Shown here piece after piece: positions 52,951 through 64,000 of a DNA stretch of 64,000 bases. Within the stretch, counting starts at the first letter, position 1. Each line of letters begins with the position of its first letter. The DNA comes from Tubiluchus corallicola. Taxonomy: Eukaryota > Animalia > Priapulida. Both the position numbers and the translations under genes were made by a program. Under the pieces are notes generated by a model. The model was not told the origin of the DNA. It saw only the letters and a list, made by a program, of their open reading frames with translations, and made no database searches. The stretch spans positions 1 through 64,000 of the forward strand of contig JAQGDQ010000850.1 of NCBI GenBank assembly GCA_030141605.1, read 5' to 3'.

Positions 52951-53622
52951 TCCGCTTCAAGAACTAATTTCTTGTGTGTGGGGAATTGTAAACATTAGCC
53001 AAATTCTGAAATGGAGCTTACCCAAATGTAGATGGCAATTATAATTTCAGAACTTGAAACAGCAGTCCAATGCCTCTTTTAAGTCACTCTCTCGTCTACG
53101 AATTTCTAACAATTCGTACCATTTATCGACATAAATGAGTTATTTTTCTCCGTTAGAGTTTCTTCTGGTCAGTAAAAGTTGAGTTTAATTATTCTAGACC
53201 GTCTCTTAGGCCACGAATCGCTCAGAAAAGTGAACGACCTCTTTCCAGTTTCGATCTCTGTAATTTTCATTCCAATTTGTAAAACTTAACTCCTTGCGTC
53301 AAAAGAGATACCTTTACATTCCTCCTTAAGCAGGTGAATTCTTTTCACTGGACTTTACCGAGGTCACAGTGGTTAGACGCTCTTTTAACTACGCGGAAGT
53401 TAAAAAATTGACCCGCGGTCAGCAATGGCCGAACCCTTTCATCATAGCTACCGGCAGGTACTAATTACTTTCAAGTATTTTGCTTTACCGTCTAATGGAG
53501 TTAAGATTAAAATTGAGCGAAACTTGAGCGTTGTACCGTAAGAATGTGACAGAGTTCATTGATCAGTTTTTAGCTACAAAACTACGCTGATGACGTCACG
53601 CAAACAGCATAAGATTTCAGAA

Positions 53623-54820
53623 CCTCGGTTCCCAACCTGGGGTATACTAGTACCTCTTGGGGGTACCAGCGAACACCACAAGGGGTACCTGAGAAGCCTC
53701 TTAGACAATTTTAAAAAAGTGTTTTATAATACTCAGCGGGTGATTCAGACATCTCTGTTGACTGGGCTACACAATCTGCGGTTTTTGGCCGAGGTCTTGA
53801 CCCCTGTCCACTGTAAAGCTTTCAGTAAACTTCTGTGTGTTTCCTGTGTGAAGCAGGCTTTTCAACGATAGTGACAATCAAGACGAAGGCCCGAAATCGC
53901 CTTGACATCTGCGGAGACATGAGAGTCAGTCTGTCGAAAAGCGATTCAAAAAGTTGGTTTCTGCCACGCAACAGCAGCCATCTCATTGAACTTTCATTTA
54001 ATGCACTTGATTGGAGCAATACGTATATTTTTTATTTAAAAATGTTTATAAAATACATTTTTATAAAAGAAAATGGCAGCAGGCAAATGCCACTTATGCT
54101 AGTACACTACCCATAGGCGCCGCTTATTAGACTCACGGTTAATAGACTCAGTCGCTCAATTGACTCAAAAACGCCTGGAATGGGCCGCTTCTATTTAAAT
54201 ATACACAAAAACTATCGGTAATTGACTCAAATAACTCCGCCTAATTGACTCAATATTTTTCCTTCACGTACTTAATATAAGATATTTGTATGTGCCCAAA
54301 AGAGCCTTTCCTACTTTTATGTCATCCTTACTTCCCTTTTGTGCACAATGTATGCAGAAACAATCATGTTAAGTACCGTTTTGTTTGTAAGCAGGTACGT
54401 TTATCATGCACTAATACGCTACCGTAGCGGTTTCGCTTTGAATCTAGTGTATAAAGTAATTTGCCACATACTTACAATCACATTTATAAAACAACCACAT
54501 GAGCAGTAAAAGTTTTATCAAAAAACGAGAAAAAACTTAAAAACCTAAAAAACTTAAAAAAAACTTAAAACGGAGAAACACTACATACAGTAAAGAAAAA
54601 ATAACTTACATAAAACGATTAAAATGGCAGTAGCTTAAAATGTTGCAGCCTGTTACTCTACTGTTGAAAATGACAATATATTTATAATATCTATAATAAA
54701 AATATTCATGACACTAGATCAATGTTGCTTCTTTATTTTACTTATGGCGGGCGAAAGGGCGCCAGGAGAAAGTGTAAAAAAATTAGGGGTACGTGGAGTC
54801 CAATGGATTGGGAACCGGGG
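53623..54820 (+). mobile_element. non-autonomous hAT (Buster/Charlie-type) element with transposase dimerisation-domain remnant
   Basis: TIR CCTCGGTTCCCAA/TTGGGAACCGGGG; FLCEAGFSTIVTIKTKARNRLDICGDMRVSLS; degenerate 8-bp TSD TTTCAGAA/GTTAAGAA. Confidence 0.82.
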
Positions 54821-55294
54821 GTTAAGAAGAATGTAAAAGAGTTCACGTTTAATTACCGGGCGTAATTAAACGACCATCATTATCTAAGCTAAATGTAGCC
54901 TTTGAGATAAACACGACAAGTACCCCAGGGTACGTTGTACATAAACGTGGAAAATTTTCAAAAGTTCGTCAGCAGAAAGTTCGAGTATGCAAAGCATTGA
55001 ACTCAAACTTTATTCGAGTTTAAACCGTGTAAGAATTCCTTCGAAATACCTCGCTGTGAGCTGTCATTATCTCTGCAACACGAAGATTTAATTTTTAAAA
55101 CCGCCTTAGGAACCGAGTACAACAATTGTCAAAAGTAGGAACCTCACTGGAGACAAGTTTAGGACATTTTAAAAAACAACTCCTCGCATGTCTAGGTCAT
55201 CATAAAAACGTGAGAATAGTTTGTCGTAAAACATGTGCACAAAATATTTCCAGAAACTTATATTACCAAATTTTTATGATGTTACATTAATTAA

Positions 55295-55750
55295 CCCTTT
55301 CAGTCCCAAATTGTTTTTTTAATAAGAAAATTTTTTTTTGATTTGGTACTTTTGTTCAGTCTATCTTGTTTACACATAATAATTATTTTTTTCTACCTGT
55401 GCCCGCGTGCTAAATATCGGCTTTATCCCACGGGATACAGTAGGATTCAATGGAAGCATAAAATGTGCTTCATTTTGCAACTGCTGATAATTTTTTAAAG
55501 TATTTAAGACATTTAGTATTCATGTTATGCTGATCTGTACAAAGTCGTCTCTAAAGTACTGTACCTTGCGCAGTTTTTTATGCTATGTAGATTTTCTAGT
55601 TTATCATTTTATCACCATTTTTAGTCTATTGTTATTGGCTTAAATCAAAATAACTATTAACAGATCAAATAACTGTCAGTTTTAAAATTTTATTAATTTT
55701 AATCCAGAAAATATTCTCGTATCCCACGGGCTACAACGGGCATGAAAGGG
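55295..55750. mobile_element. piggyBac-like MITE
   Basis: TTAA|CCCTTTCA...TGAAAGGG|TTAA. Confidence 0.8.
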
Positions 55751-56279
55751 TTAATTTAAACTCACCCAATATTTAGGTTATAACAAAAATCGTGAGAATA
55801 TCATAAACTCAGAGCTAACATTTGAGCACAATCTTTTAAAGAAATTTATGTCGTTGATTTTTTCATATTTTATATCATAAAAGTGATGAAAAATTCAGAG
55901 GAAATTCAGAGCATCATTTGGACTGCACTTTTCTCTCACTAAGATGCAGCCTTTCCTCACCACGCATGCGCTGTGAGACGCAGCCTTTCCTCATCACGCA
56001 TGCGCTGTGAGACGCAGCCTTTCCTCATCACGCATGCGCTGTGAGACACTTTCTCAATGCAAGGTGCCTGACTTGTCATTGAATTCGTCTCTAAAACTCT
56101 CGAGGTCCCTTGAAGAAGGTAGTGAAAATAGCAAAACCTATTGGTGCAGTAGCTCTTTTCAGACTTTCGTCTAATTTGACTAAAATAATTGCCAAAGTCT
56201 TTAGTTCATCTGGGCAAATTTGCAACCAGTTTGCTTTGTTTGTTAATAAAATACAGAAAATGTAAAATGTTTAGTGACC

Positions 56280-56566
56280 AACCCTAATCCTAATCAAAAC
56301 CTAATTCTAACCCCAATCCTAATCAAAACCTAATCCTAACCCTAATCCTAACCTTAACTCTAATCCTAACCCGAATCCTAAGAAAAACCCTAATCCTAAC
56401 CTCAACCCTAACCCTAACCCTAACCCTAATCTCTAACGTTAATCCCTAATCCTAATCATAATCATAATCCTAACCCCATTCCTAACCTTAACCTTAATCC
56501 TAATCCTGATCCTAATCCCTAACCCTAATCCCTTACCTTAATCTCTAATCCTAACCATAACCCTAA
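56280..56566. repeat. degenerate (CCCTAA/TCCTAA)n tract
   Basis: seen directly in sequence. Confidence 0.85.
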
Positions 56567-56845
56567 TAATGCAAAAACGGGGCAACAATTCCACGAGATA
56601 AAATTCTGATTTTTAGTTGCCAAAAGGACCTTTAACACCTCTAAAATGTAGAAAACGAGCGGGTACCCGACTACTTGTAGGACTTGCAGACTCCCTAGTT
56701 GCTTATCCGCCAAGCTGAATAGGCCCTCTGTTTAGAAACTTGACAACTGGCTTATACCGCGTCATGTAAATAGAGAAGTAGTACCACAAGGTAAGACCTT
56801 TCATCCAGAAAACGCTGCCAAAGTTCCCTATTATGTTTGCTTTAA

Positions 56846-57431
56846 AGCAAAACTGGACCAAATCTTAAACTGTAGGTCAGAACAATCTACTCCTTGAAAT
56901 ATTGAAAGGAAACACTATTTTTTCAAAAATAACTTCCGTGATAGAATTATTACTAGCTCTTCCTTGTTACATGTCTTTCGCCGTTCGCTAGTTAGACGGG
57001 CACTAGCGCTAGCATTTCGGAAATGCATTGCACCAAAAACAAGTGCTGTACCTCTCAGTTCAGATGTGTTAATTTGTGACGAACTGCACACGTTCGACCG
57101 CTCATGCGTGAGCACAGCGGTAAACTAGAAATTTGAATTTTTATCTTAAAACTTGACTAATTTTAGTACAACACACTGAATATCTTACAGTAGCACTGTA
57201 CTTCAATTTTCGCTTTAGCAAACACGTGCAACACGCTCGTGGAATGTTTTTGCTTTTGAAAATTATGTTAGTTTGTGATGTCATCAATAGTTGGGCTCGT
57301 CCGCAGTTAATTTAGTTTTTAATCTATTATTTAATTATCAGAAACGCATTTGCAGTATTAATTGTTTTAAAATGTATACTTTTATCCAACTTAAAAATTG
57401 GGTAGTATGTGAAAAATCATCTTGTCTTCCT
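56846..57431 (+). mobile_element. Kolobok-like MITE (family E)
   Basis: TTAA|AGCAAAACTGG...TGTCTTCCT|TTAA. Confidence 0.78.
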
Positions 57432-58003
57432 TTAAGCGCAGCAGAATAAAAATATATTCTTTCCTAAAATATATAATTCGCGTTTTCTCACTCTTGTTGC
57501 TCGTGCCTGGTTTTCCTGTAAAAACGCCTCTTTCTACATTTTTTCTCCAAATTGATGCAGACTTTAGCCTAATTGCGTCTTTCTCAGGGACGTTTGTGAC
57601 GATTTCTTCACAAGAACTGCCCCAAGCTAGACCAGGGTGCTGATGCTAGGTAGCTAAAAACTGGAAAAGTGTCCAACGAAATGATTAATTAACAGGTAAT
57701 GGTTGGCCTAGAGAGGCAGGGAGCCCGGAGCGAAATAAAGGAAAAGTATAGGCATCGGCGAATGTTTTTTAAGTTAAAAGCAGTCACGGATTCGTTAACA
57801 ATGTCACCAGTTCGCGACTTCTTGCTAGAAAATTCACCCATTTGATAAATTTACAGGCAAAATTGCGTGGAACTTTTTAGTAGTTATTCTATTACTAAAC
57901 TGGTTTTATTAAAATTTATTAGTCGAATTCTCGCACGACACTTTTTACGAGTAATCTGTGATGAATTAAAGTAAAATATTTGTTGTACAGGTTTCTGTTA
58001 GAT

Positions 58004-58479
58004 CAGGGGTGTACAAATTGCGGCCCGCCGGGAGAATTTGTGCGGCCCGCGAAGAGATTTGTCAACCTAATGAAAGTGCGGCCCGGGCAATTAATTGAGT
58101 GTATCCAGTTGAAGTCCGGAATCCCAAAGACAGTGCAGGTAGTTTTTTCAACTAGATCGGATGCCATTAACCCTTACAAGACGGTTGTAGCTTAATATCA
58201 CTGTACTACACAGACTGTGTGATACACATTACTAATATGCATTGTAATGAAATTACCACTATCTGTCCTGAAAGTAAAAATATATGGTTTGTAATATAAA
58301 TTTTAATAACTTCTAAAATAGTTTCTTGAGTGCAGTAGTAATGATGTACGCAGGTCGGATGCAAAAAATCCTTATTAGGCCTTTCTGTACTTGGCTCCTT
58401 GATCAAACTGCCTGTGGCCTGCATGAATGGCAGGAAAGTTTAATGTGGCCCGGCTAGTCAGATAGTTTGCACACCCCTG
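58004..58479 (+). mobile_element. hAT-type MITE
   Basis: same TIRs; 8-bp TSD TGTTAGAT/TGTTAAAT. Confidence 0.9.
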
Positions 58480-58820
58480 TGTTAAATGGAAAGAAAAGAC
58501 TATCCCAAAAAAATTCCTACACAAAGTTATATGACTTAGCATTGCGCTTACCTATTTAGAGGACCTATGTAAATTGAAAAGAGAATTCTTAGTACATAAT
58601 TTAAAACGTTGGCGCTAAACTGGTAAAACGTAACGGACTCGCCTTCCCAGCGTGCACTACTGGCTCACCAAAAGCGTATTTTTAATCTTATTGACAAGAC
58701 AAGGTAATTTATGTTTTTGCTTAGATGACGAAAAATGTTTTACGAATGCTCTGATCATTTTTTTCAAACTTTACACAGTGACTATACCGCTTTAGTGCTG
58801 TATGGAAGAGGGAGACTTAA

Positions 58821-59450
58821 AAGACAAGAAAAGGGGTACCTGAAGTAGGTTTCAGAAAAATTCGCCTTAAAAAATTAAATTACTTTATAGCAATTTTATG
58901 CATATATCGTGCTCGCACTGAAAGGAATTTTTGTTTGTTTTCATTTTAAATCTCCCGCCATACTGTTCCGACGACGCCATTACGTGACGTCACAACGACA
59001 CGTAAATCAGGGAAAGAAAAGGAAATGTTAAATTATGTCCCAAAAAACTTTCCGTGCAAAGTTATATTATTTAGCTTTTCTCTTACCTGCTTAAAAGACT
59101 TACATAACTAAAAAAGTCAATTATTAATTATTTAAAATGAATTGATAAAATATTGTTGACTCACCTCCAGGGTGCGCCACTCACTAACCAAAAACGTATT
59201 TTTGATCTTATTGATAAGATACAGTAATTTAAAATTTTACTTAGTGATGTGTGTGCTACGAATGCTCTGATTATTTTTTACACTTTACACAATGTTATCT
59301 AAACTTATTTCAAATGACTTTCTGCTAAAATAGTCATCGCAGGAGTTTAAATTTACAAGTTTTATACAGCGTTACTCTAAAACAAGCTCTATATGCAATA
59401 AGTAAGTACGCAAGTGACACAAGACGAATTTTTAGGTTTATGTAGCTAAA
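58821..59450 (+). mobile_element. Kolobok-like element (family F)
   Basis: same start; closely similar to the 43683 copy, including the upstream flank. Confidence 0.7.
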
Positions 59451-59651
59451 AGGCATCCTTGTGCTTTAGTGATTTTGTGAAGTGGTGTAGGAAATAACGC
59501 AAATGAGAATTTGTGTTCTGTTTTATTCTACGAGTAGCAGCGGTTTGCATGTTCTTTGCAACAATGCATCTGTGCAACTGCAAGCAAAAACAACAAAAAT
59601 GCAACGAAAACAAGATGCATCGCCGAAATTTTAACACTTCTTTCTACTTAA

Positions 59652-60250
59652 AGCAAAACCGGGCTCAATCTTAAACTGTAGGTCAAAATAATCTAGTCTT
59701 GAAAATATTGAAAGTAAACATACAATATTTTCAAAAATGACTTACGTGAAAGAATTATTACCACACAAATATAACTTCACGGTCGCACTACTAGTTCTCC
59801 ACTGTTACCTGCATTTCGCCATTCGCTAGTCAGGCGGGCACTAGCGCCTGCATTTCGGAAAGGGTTGCACAAAAACAGGTGTTGTACCTCTCAGTTCACA
59901 TGTGTCAGTTTGTGACGAGCTGCACACGTTCGACAGCTCATGCGTGAGCACAGCGTTAAATTTGAAATTTGAATTTTTATCTTAAAACTTGCCTAATTAC
60001 TACAACACACTGAATATCTTACAGTAGCACTGTACTTCAATTTTCGCTTTCACAAACACGTGCAACGCGCTCGTGGAATATTTTTTGCTGTTGAATATTA
60101 TGTTAGTTTGTGATGTCATCAATAGTTGGTTAAGTTTTTAATCTATCAATCAATTATCAGAAACGCTTTTGCAATATTAATTGTGTTAAAATGTATACTT
60201 TTTATCGGACTTGAAAAGGGGTAGTATATGAAAAATCATCCCGTCTTCCT
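59652..60250 (+). mobile_element. Kolobok-like MITE (family E)
   Basis: TTAA|AGCAAAACCGGG...CCCGTCTTCCT|TTAA. Confidence 0.8.
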
Positions 60251-60649
60251 TTAAATACAACAAAGTACAAATTCTTCACAAATTATAGATGCGTTTGTCC
60301 CACATTTCTAGTGGATACCGCTACTTGCACTTTAACAATATTTTTTGACGATTTCACTTCCAGATAACAGAACTGGTTTCTACACCCACTTTAAGTTATC
60401 TGAGTTCAAATCGTTTTCACGCGTGAAGCGGCGTGAAGTGAAAACTTAACGCGTTAACGCGGCTGGTGTTGACAGCTTTAAGGCTCGAACTCACGCCTCG
60501 CAGCCTATCTATAGCTTACAGCCCACGGACAACGACCCCAGGTCAACAATATCGGTCGCAATGCCCACCAAAAATATTACAGTTCTGAGTTTCGTGGAAC
60601 AAGCGAAGCTGAGGTACAAAGCACAAGAAAACCCTCCACTTACGTAAAT

Positions 60650-61302
60650 CCTAAAAAATTCGTCTTGAAATTTTATACCACTTACTTATTGCCTTTTTGC
60701 ATATTAGACTTGCGTCGGCAGTAACGTTGTATAAAACATGCAAATTTAAACTCCCGCGATGACCGTTCGACGCAGCCATTTTGACTATAAGTCATTTGAA
60801 ACAAGTTTAGATAACATTGTGTAAAGTTTGAAAAAATAATCAGAGCATGCGTAACGCACAGGTCACAAAATAAATAAAATTTAAAATTACTGTATCTTGT
60901 AAAAAAGATTAAAAATATGTTTTTGGTTAGTGGATGGCGCACCCTAGCGGCTGAGTCAACGACATTTTACCAATTGGTGAAAACATTTTAAATAATTAAT
61001 AATTTTCTTTTCTAGTTACATAAGTCTCTCAAGCAGGTAAGCAAAACGCTAAGCAACATAACTTTGCATGGAGAGTTTTCTTGGGACATAGTTTAACATT
61101 TCGTTTTCTTTCCCTGATTTACGTGGCGTAGTGACGTCATGTAATGGCGGCGTCGGAACAGCATCGCGGGAGATTTAAAATGAAAACAAACAAAAAATCC
61201 TTTCAACGCGAATACGACATGCGCATAAAATTCCTGTAAAGTAATATAATCTTTTAAGGCGATTTTTCTGAAACCTACTTCAGGTGCCCCTTTTCTTGTC
61301 CT
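60650..61302 (-). mobile_element. Kolobok-like element (family F)
   Basis: reverse-orientation copy ending CTTGTCCT|TTAA. Confidence 0.7.
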
Positions 61303-61705
61303 TTAACTATCAGGTTAGCTGTGTGAGTACATCACATATCAGTTCCCACTGCATATCTTCACGTACAATGTAGAATACGGCTCGTACAGACGCTCAAAAC
61401 ACGCTAGTAGAACTCTTTAACCAAATCATTTCAAATCATTTTCAGATAATAATAATAAACGCTTTCTTTCACAAACATAAACACAAGTACAATTAACAAA
61501 TCTCAAACTTAAATAAACAACGGATACAGGAACACGTCCCTACAAATACAGGGCTCTTTTTAAGCGAAGTTGATTAACAAATACCGCAATTTATAACAAA
61601 CACATCTACATATACATGACAGTGCTGATTGAAATCATTAATTCTTAGCAAAATTAATTCGTACCTCTTAATTTAGAGTCACGTGATGTTGAAATTTTAT
61701 GCACG

Positions 61706-62757
61706 TAGTTAATCAACAATTTCTTATCTTCCACATCTCCACTTTTACATAGTTAATCAACAATTTCTTAACTTCCACATCTCCACTTTTACATAGTTAA
61801 TCAACAATTTCTTATCTTCCACATCTTCACTTTTACATAGTTAATCAACAATTTCTTAACTTCCACATCTTCACTTTTACATAGTTAATCAACAATTTCT
61901 TATCTTCCACATCTTCACTTTTACATAGTTAATCAACAATTTCTTGTCTTCCACATCTTCACTTTTACATAGTTAATCAACAATTTCTTAACTTCCACAT
62001 CTCCACTTTTACATAGTTAATCAACAATTTCTTAACTTCCACATCTGCACTTTTACATAGCTAATCAACAATTTCTTAAGTTCCACATCTCCACTTTTAC
62101 ATAGTTAATCAACAATTTCTTAACTTCCACGCCTCCACTTTTACATAGCTAATCAACAATTTCTTAACTTCCACATCTCCACTTTTACATAGCTAATCAA
62201 CAATTTCTTAACTTCCACATCTCCACTTTTACATAGTTAATCAACAATTTCTTAACTTCCACATCTGCACTTTTACATAGTTAATCAACAATTTCTTAAC
62301 TTCCACATCTCCACTTTTACATAGTTAATCAGCAATTTCTTATCTTCTACATCTCCACTTTTACATAGTTAATCAACAATTTCTTAACTTCCACATCTCC
62401 ACTTTTACATAGTTAATCAACAATTTCTTAACTTCCACATCTCCACTTTTACATAGTTAATCAACAATTTCTTAACTTCCACATCTCCACTTTTACATAC
62501 TTAATCAACAATTGCTTAACTTCCACATTTCCACTTTTACATAGTTAATGAACAATTTCTTAACTTCCACATCTCCACTTTTACATAGTTAATCAGCAAT
62601 TTCTTATCTTCCACATCTCCACTTTTACATAGTTAATCAACAATTGCTTAACTTCCACATCTCCACTTTTACATGGGTAATCAACAATTTCTTAACTTCC
62701 ACATCTCCACTTTTACATAGTCAATCAACAATTTCTTAACTTCCACATTTCCACTTC
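61706..62757 (-). repeat. 44-bp tandem array (about 24 copies) spanning a putative exon end and donor
   Basis: minus-strand unit GTGGAGATGTGGAAGTTAAGAAATTGTTGATTAACTAT|GTAAAA. Confidence 0.95.
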
Positions 62758-63040
62758 TGTTTAAAAACATAAACTTATCAATATCACACATGGAAGGGAA
62801 ATCCGGAAAACTTATTCTAGTTGTAATGAGTCCAATTGAGAAAGAATGAGTCGTTGTGAGTCTTTGCTCATCTGATAGGAAAACCAACTCTGAGCCCATG
62901 ATGGTCCTCAATCCCATGTTGAAAGTTTTCCAGTAGTGCTCAGCGTTTGGATTGTAAATAAAATGCATTAATTCGAATGTTTTCTCCCACCATTTAAGGT
63001 TGCACATTTTGCAGTGGACTGTTCGCTCTTTGTTGAACAA
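62717..63040 (-). CDS. internal coding exon of an unidentified gene
   Basis: ttctgtag acceptor; 108 open codons (LFNKERTVHCKMCNLKWWEKTFELMHF...VKKLLIDY); TAT|gtaaaa donor, the same donor type as CA exon 3. Confidence 0.55.
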
Positions 63041-63044
63041 CTAC

Positions 63045-63500
63045 AGAAATGTATTTCTGCATAACTCTGAGCTCTAGACATTAAAAGCAAATCATAAAGC
63101 TGAAATCGATGCGTTTCAAAAGCGAAATTACAGAAACATTTTGGGTATTAGATGACCAAGGAAAATTTCAAACAAGGATCTATATGAAAAACTAAAAGAA
63201 GAACCTTGGACAAGAAAAATAAAAAGACGATGTTTAAGATTGATTAGGCATATGCTTAGATTACCTGATGATATTCCAGTAAAGATAGCTCTTCAACAAG
63301 CCATAGAACCAGCCAAAAAACCTGCAGGAGGACAAATGTTAACATATTTAGAATTTGCACAGAAAGATTTAAACACTTCAGCTTTGATCCTTAGAAATAA
63401 ATCCACTTGGGGCATTGCGGCGAGCAGGGAGTCCTGGCGTAGGGAGGTGAGCAGAATCATGTCCCTGGACGTGTGATTCATTGAAGAAGAAAAGAAGAAG
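63045..63500 (+). mobile_element. RTE-type LINE 3' fragment with (GAA)n tail
   Basis: FLHNSEL*TL..IDAFQKRNYRNILGIR*PRKISNKDLYEK...HMLRLPDDIPVKIAL...AASRESWR. Confidence 0.8.
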
Positions 63501-63884
63501 TTGAACGACTAAAGATGGGACATGTTAGGTTCTGAAACGTCTAGTTTATTTTTGCATTAATAAAGTAATAAGAAGAATTCACTATTTTTATTTCTTCTAT
63601 TTTTTATGATTCATCATAATAGCAGATAAGCAAAAAATCCAAAAAGAAAGTCAAAATGAGTTTTGCCAAAGTCATCAATACTTCTGTACAACGCTAATAC
63701 ACTTATTATAGGAATGCTTCTATAATACAGGTGGCTGACCTCGATAACTTATAGTTCTTTTGCCACCCTTTCACCACTAATCAATAATTACTTTTGCACT
63801 TTGTAATATTATTGTATGTTGTATAGATTTATAAATCTCTTAGTTATGTATTTTGCTATTTTAAAAATGGCGATAAACTAATAA

Positions 63885-63939
<55 letters not shown>

Positions 63940-64000
63940 GACTGACTGACTGACTGACTGACTGACTGACTGACTGACTGACTGACTGACTGACTGACTG
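63885..64000. repeat. (ACTT)n then (ACTG)n tetranucleotide microsatellite
   Basis: seen directly in sequence. Confidence 0.95.

Noticed and set aside
60520-60585. Possible terminal exon of the unknown minus-strand gene
   Set aside because: Very short frames and no homology evidence to choose between them.

Overview
AT-rich, repeat-dense animal (invertebrate-like) genomic DNA with spliceosomal genes. Two genes converge tail-to-tail. The first is the 3' part of a RILP-like gene (+, six coding exons, 2759-12282, RH2 motif). The second is an apparently complete 7-exon alpha-carbonic anhydrase with a signal peptide and GPI-type tail (-, 43253-20191, about 372 aa). There is also one exon of an unidentified minus-strand gene (63040-62717) and an orphan 177-aa ORF antisense in the last CA intron. 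The rest is MITEs (hAT, piggyBac-like, Kolobok-like, Tc1/mariner), LINE remnants (CR1/L2, RTE), SINEs, a solo LTR and many tandem repeats. Two things stand out. (1) Three unrelated tandem arrays (49, 47 and 44 bp units) each start inside a coding exon and repeat its 3' end plus the 5' splice site 10-42 times. (2) A full-length 5S rRNA is fused to an RTE-derived body (SINE3-like, 8-bp TSD) and inserted in a solo LTR that carries heat-shock elements. All gene models were read by eye from GT-AG sites, phase and motifs; no database search was run.
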